Shown here: in pieces, positions 56,858 through 59,668 of the stretch
Position numbering within the stretch: the first letter of the stretch is position 1
Layout: each line of letters starts with the position of its first letter
DNA from: Pseudomonadota bacterium
GTDB lineage: Bacteria; Myxococcota_A; UBA9042
DNA length: 59,668 nt
NCBI GenBank assembly: GCA_041163625.1
Contig: JBEARB010000120.1
Coordinates: forward strand, 1 to 59,668
Reading direction: 5' to 3'
Program-made: the position numbers and the translations under genes
The notes under the pieces: generated by a model
The model's input: only the letters and a program-made list of their open reading frames with translations
What the model was told of the DNA's origin: nothing
Databases searched by the model: none

Positions 56858-57648
56858 CGCTCGAACAAACGCCGATAGTTGGCGGCGATGGCGTCGGCGA
56901 CGACGGCGATCTCCTCGCCGCGAGCGGCGGCGATCGCCACGACGCCGCGCGGCACGTTGGCCGGCTCGTTGCGCTCCCCCCGGTCCGGCCCCATGTACGG
57001 GCAGTCGGTCTCGGTGAGGATCCGGTCGAGCGGCAGCGCCCGCGCCAACGCCTGGAAGCTGTCGGCTCGCTCCACCACCGGCGGAATCGAGAGGTAGTAG
57101 CCGGCCTCGGCGATCCGGCGACCGAGTTTGAGTTTGCCGCCGTAGCAGTGGAAATCGGCGCGCTCGATGCCCTCCTCCTGCAAGATCTCGAAGGCGCGCT
57201 GCTCCGCCTTGCGGGTGTGCAGGATCATCGGCAGGCCCGTGCGCCGCGCCACGCCGCAGAGCTTGCGCAGCACCGCCTCCTGCAAGGGTAGGGACTCCGG
57301 CGCCCAATAGGCGTCGAGTCCGCACTCGCCGATGGCGGCGATCTCGCCGGCGTGCGCCTCGATGAACGCGATCTCGGCGTCGACGTCGAAGACCTCGGGC
57401 GGCGGGAAATCGTGCGTCCAGCCGGCGCGATCGATGGCCGCCGCGCCGGCGTCGACCGGGTAGATCCCGAGCGCCGCCCGCAGATGGGGATGTCGCCGGC
57501 AGAGCTCGAGCACCGCGCGATTGCTGCGCGGTTCGAGGCCGTTGACGATGACGGCGCCGAGGCCGGCGGCGGCGGCGCGCTCGGCGACGGCGTCCTCCTC
57601 TCCGGCGAAGCTGGGATGGACGATGTGGGCGTGGACGTCGACGTACAT
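56854..57648 (-). CDS. tatD: TatD family metal-dependent hydrolase (DNase)
   Basis: It has MYVDVHAHIVHP (HxH), ECGLDAY, ILHTRKAE, FHCYGG and TETDCPYM (the final Asp). It is 264 aa. Confidence 0.85.
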   Translation of the reverse strand: MYVDVHAHIVHPSFAGEEDAVAERAAAAGLGAVIVNGLEPRSNRAVLELCRRHPHLRAALGIYPVDAGAAAIDRAGWTHDFPPPEVFDVDAEIAFIEAHAGEIAAIGECGLDAYWAPESLPLQEAVLRKLCGVARRTGLPMILHTRKAEQRAFEILQEEGIERADFHCYGGKLKLGRRIAEAGYYLSIPPVVERADSFQALARALPLDRILTETDCPYMGPDRGERNEPANVPRGVVAIAAARGEEIAVVADAIAANYRRLFER

Positions 57649-57716
57649 GCTCCGATCCTGCTAGGAAGGAGCCTCGGCGCGCAAGTCATCCCCGCGCGCC
57701 CGGAACGGAGACCACG

Positions 57717-58838
57717 ATGGCACGCTACGAACTCGAGACGCTGGAGATCAGCGGTTCTCCCCTCGAGATGGGGCTGCAGCAGGGCCGACACTTCGGCGCG
57801 CGGCTCGGCCAGTTCGTCGACATGCGCTTCGAGGCCGCGCGCACCTACCTCGCAGACCACGGCGGCTTCACGCTCGAGGGGCTGCTCGGCGCGGGCGAGC
57901 GCTGCTACGAGGTCCTGCAGCGCTGGCATCCGAACGCCGTGGTCGAGCACGAGGCGATGGCGAGCGAGGCGGGCGTCGACGCGATCCGGCTGTTCACCGC
58001 CGCCAACATGACCGATATCCGGGACGTCCTGCTGCTCTCCGGCGACGGCCCCGGGGCCGCCCCGCCGGCCGACAGCGAAGGCTGCACCGCCGTCTTGGTC
58101 ACCGACGACCACGCCCGCGACGGCTGCACCCTGGTCGGCCAGACCTGGGACCTCAACATCGGTGACCTGGACTACGTCGTCGCCATCCACCGCCGGCCGG
58201 ACAACCGGCCCGAGGCGTGGACCGTCACCGTCGCCGGCGCGCCCTCGCTGATGGGCATGAACGCCGCCGGCATCGCCATCGGCACCACCAACATCAAGAC
58301 GTGGCGGAGCCGACCGGGCGTGGGCTACCTCAACATCCTGCACCGCATGCTCGGCTGCAGCAGCCGCGCCGAGGCCGCGCGCGTGGTCGAGACCGCCCCG
58401 CGCTCGGGTGCCCACACCTATTGGATCGCCGACGCCTCGGGCTTCGTCGAATACGAGGCCACGCCCTACAGCGTCACCACCCGCGACGGCAGCGCCGGGC
58501 CGCTGTGCCGCACCAACCACTGCCTGCACGAGCCGAACCAGATCCTCGAAGGGGAAGCGCCGTCGCCCTCCTCTTACGCGCGCCTCGAGCGCGTGCAGTC
58601 GTGGCTCTCGCACGGCAACCAGGACGTCGAGTCGCTGCAGCGCCTGTTCGCAGACCGCAGCGACGGCATCGAATCGATCAACCGCCTGCCGGAAGACGAC
58701 CAGGGCACCGCCACCAACGCCGTGCTGATCGCCATCCCCGAGCGGCTCGAGCTCTGGGCCTGTCGTGGACCGTCCAACCGCGGCGAGTGGCGCCACCTCC
58801 CCTTCCGCATCGGCGGCGAGCGCGGGACGATCGGCTGA
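57717..58838 (+). CDS. Peptidase C45 / acyl-CoA:6-aminopenicillanic-acid acyltransferase-like Ntn-hydrolase
   Basis: It has SEGCTAVLV (a Gly-Cys autoprocessing/nucleophile site) and VGQTWDL, with the family-typical alpha-beta-beta-alpha core. It is 373 aa. Confidence 0.75.
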   Translation: MARYELETLEISGSPLEMGLQQGRHFGARLGQFVDMRFEAARTYLADHGGFTLEGLLGAGERCYEVLQRWHPNAVVEHEAMASEAGVDAIRLFTAANMTDIRDVLLLSGDGPGAAPPADSEGCTAVLVTDDHARDGCTLVGQTWDLNIGDLDYVVAIHRRPDNRPEAWTVTVAGAPSLMGMNAAGIAIGTTNIKTWRSRPGVGYLNILHRMLGCSSRAEAARVVETAPRSGAHTYWIADASGFVEYEATPYSVTTRDGSAGPLCRTNHCLHEPNQILEGEAPSPSSYARLERVQSWLSHGNQDVESLQRLFADRSDGIESINRLPEDDQGTATNAVLIAIPERLELWACRGPSNRGEWRHLPFRIGGERGTIG

Positions 58839-59443
58839 TGGCGGCCACCCGCGTCGTCCTGTTCGACGTGATGGACACCCTGGTCGCGGACCCCTTCTTC
58901 CGCGGCATCGAGTCGTTCTTCGGCTGCAGCCGCCGTGAGCTGCTCGGCGCCCTGAATCCCGGGCTCTGGCCGCGCTTCGAGCGCAACGAGGTCGACGCCG
59001 CCGCCTTCTACGCGGGCATGTTCCGCGACGGCCGGCCCGTCGACGGCGACGCGCTGCAGGCGTGGCTGCGTCCGCGCTACGCCTGGCTCCCGGGCACGCG
59101 CGAGCTGGTCGAGGCGCTCGCCGCGGCCGAGGTGCCGATGGGCGCGCTCTCGAACTACCCGGTCTGGATGGAATGGCTCGACGAAGAGCTCGGCCTCTCG
59201 CGCTGGCTCGACCTCGACCACGTGAGCTATCGCACCGGCGTGCGCAAGCCCGAGCCCGAAGCCTATCTGGGCGCCTGCGCGCGGATGGGCGTACAGCCGG
59301 CCGAGGCGCTCTTCGTCGACGATCGCGAGGAGAACTGCGCCGCCGCGCGCGCCGTCGGGCTCGCCGCGCACCGCTTCGACGGAGCCGAAGGGCTGGCCGC
59401 GGCGCTGCAGGCGCACGGCCTGCTGGTGGGCTCCGCGGGCTGA
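58838..59443 (+). CDS. HAD-superfamily hydrolase (subfamily IA-like)
   Basis: Motif I is FDVMDTL (DxDxT), motif II is ALSNYP, motif III is a Lys in GVRKPEPEAY, and motif IV is FVDDREEN. Its start overlaps the C45 stop (TGATG). Confidence 0.75.
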   Translation: MAATRVVLFDVMDTLVADPFFRGIESFFGCSRRELLGALNPGLWPRFERNEVDAAAFYAGMFRDGRPVDGDALQAWLRPRYAWLPGTRELVEALAAAEVPMGALSNYPVWMEWLDEELGLSRWLDLDHVSYRTGVRKPEPEAYLGACARMGVQPAEALFVDDREENCAAARAVGLAAHRFDGAEGLAAALQAHGLLVGSAG

Positions 59444-59462
59444 GCTCCGCCGCCCAGCCGGC

Positions 59463-59668
59463 TCAGAACGTGACGCCGGTGATGTGGCCCTTCACGGTCT
59501 TGAAGCGCAGCGCCACGCTCATCGCGTCGGGCACGCCGTCCTTGTTCAGGTCGATGTCCGGGTTGAGGAACGCCTTCACCACCGACTTGACCGTCGCCTC
59601 GTCCAGGCCGATCTCCGCCCACGCGTCGGCCGGGATCGAGGCCAGCGCCTTGTCGAAGTCCGTGATGG
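59463..59668 (-). CDS. Hypothetical protein, C-terminal fragment; the N-terminus lies beyond the window end
   Basis: The minus-strand frame is open to the window end: ...ITDFDKALASIPADAWAEIGLDEATVKSVVKAFLNPDIDLNKDGVPDAMSVALRFKTVKGHITGVTF*. It has protein-like composition and is convergent with the HAD gene. Confidence 0.4.
   Translation of the reverse strand, partial: ITDFDKALASIPADAWAEIGLDEATVKSVVKAFLNPDIDLNKDGVPDAMSVALRFKTVKGHITGVTF

Noticed and set aside
56858-57325. N-terminal 156 codons of track ORF 56003..57325
   Set aside because: They are Arg/Gly-rich low-complexity sequence upstream of a good ATG that overlaps the tatD stop in ATGA fashion, so I trimmed the gene to 56003..56857.

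Overview
This 59.7-kb window is very GC-rich and densely coding on both strands, with frequent GTG/TTG starts, 4-bp ATGA start/stop overlaps and GGAGG-type ribosome-binding sites. The protein repertoire points to a Myxococcota-like high-GC deltaproteobacterium: a PEGA-domain protein, many lipobox lipoproteins, huge cysteine-rich tandem-repeat surface proteins, a STAND ATPase with TPR repeats, and a flotillin/NfeD pair. Most entries in the six-frame ORF track are antisense artefacts typical of high GC (Arg/Ala/Pro-rich) and were rejected by composition and lack of recognisable motifs. I support about 45 genes, grouped as follows. 1. A minus-strand five-gene catabolic operon (positions 1-7878): threonine aldolase, a Mo/2Fe-2S aldehyde oxidoreductase, an M20 carbamoylase-type amidohydrolase, a carbon-nitrogen hydrolase, and an S9 peptidase that is truncated at the window edge. 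2. A small protein followed by a metallophosphoesterase lipoprotein. 3. A PEGA protein. 4. A STAND AAA+/TPR regulator divergent from mutS2. 5. A textbook cobalamin uptake locus: terminator, cobalamin riboswitch, TonB-dependent receptor, a BtuG-like lipoprotein, btuF, and a btuC-btuD read-through fusion. 6. A cell-surface cluster: a vWA lipoprotein, a 1974-aa lipoprotein built from about 40 in-frame 81-bp Cys-rich tandem repeats plus thrombospondin-type-3 calcium repeats, suhB, a triple zinc-ribbon protein, and a second Cys-rich repeat lipoprotein on the opposite strand. 7. A MepA-like endopeptidase with HEAT repeats, then nfeD-flotillin. 8. A frameshifted RCC1-repeat remnant. 9. A bacterial XPB helicase with an overlapping Bax1/DUF790 nuclease gene. 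10. An outer-membrane protein, a giant metzincin lipoprotein and an N-terminally truncated pyruvate-kinase-like gene. 11. A block of housekeeping and hypothetical genes: SRPBCC, CinA-like MoCF, TatD, C45 peptidase and HAD hydrolase. I could not identify any rRNA or tRNA genes, CRISPR arrays or transposases by eye. One reported minus-strand coordinate (39461) rests on the ORF-track frame because my manual base count in that line disagreed by one.
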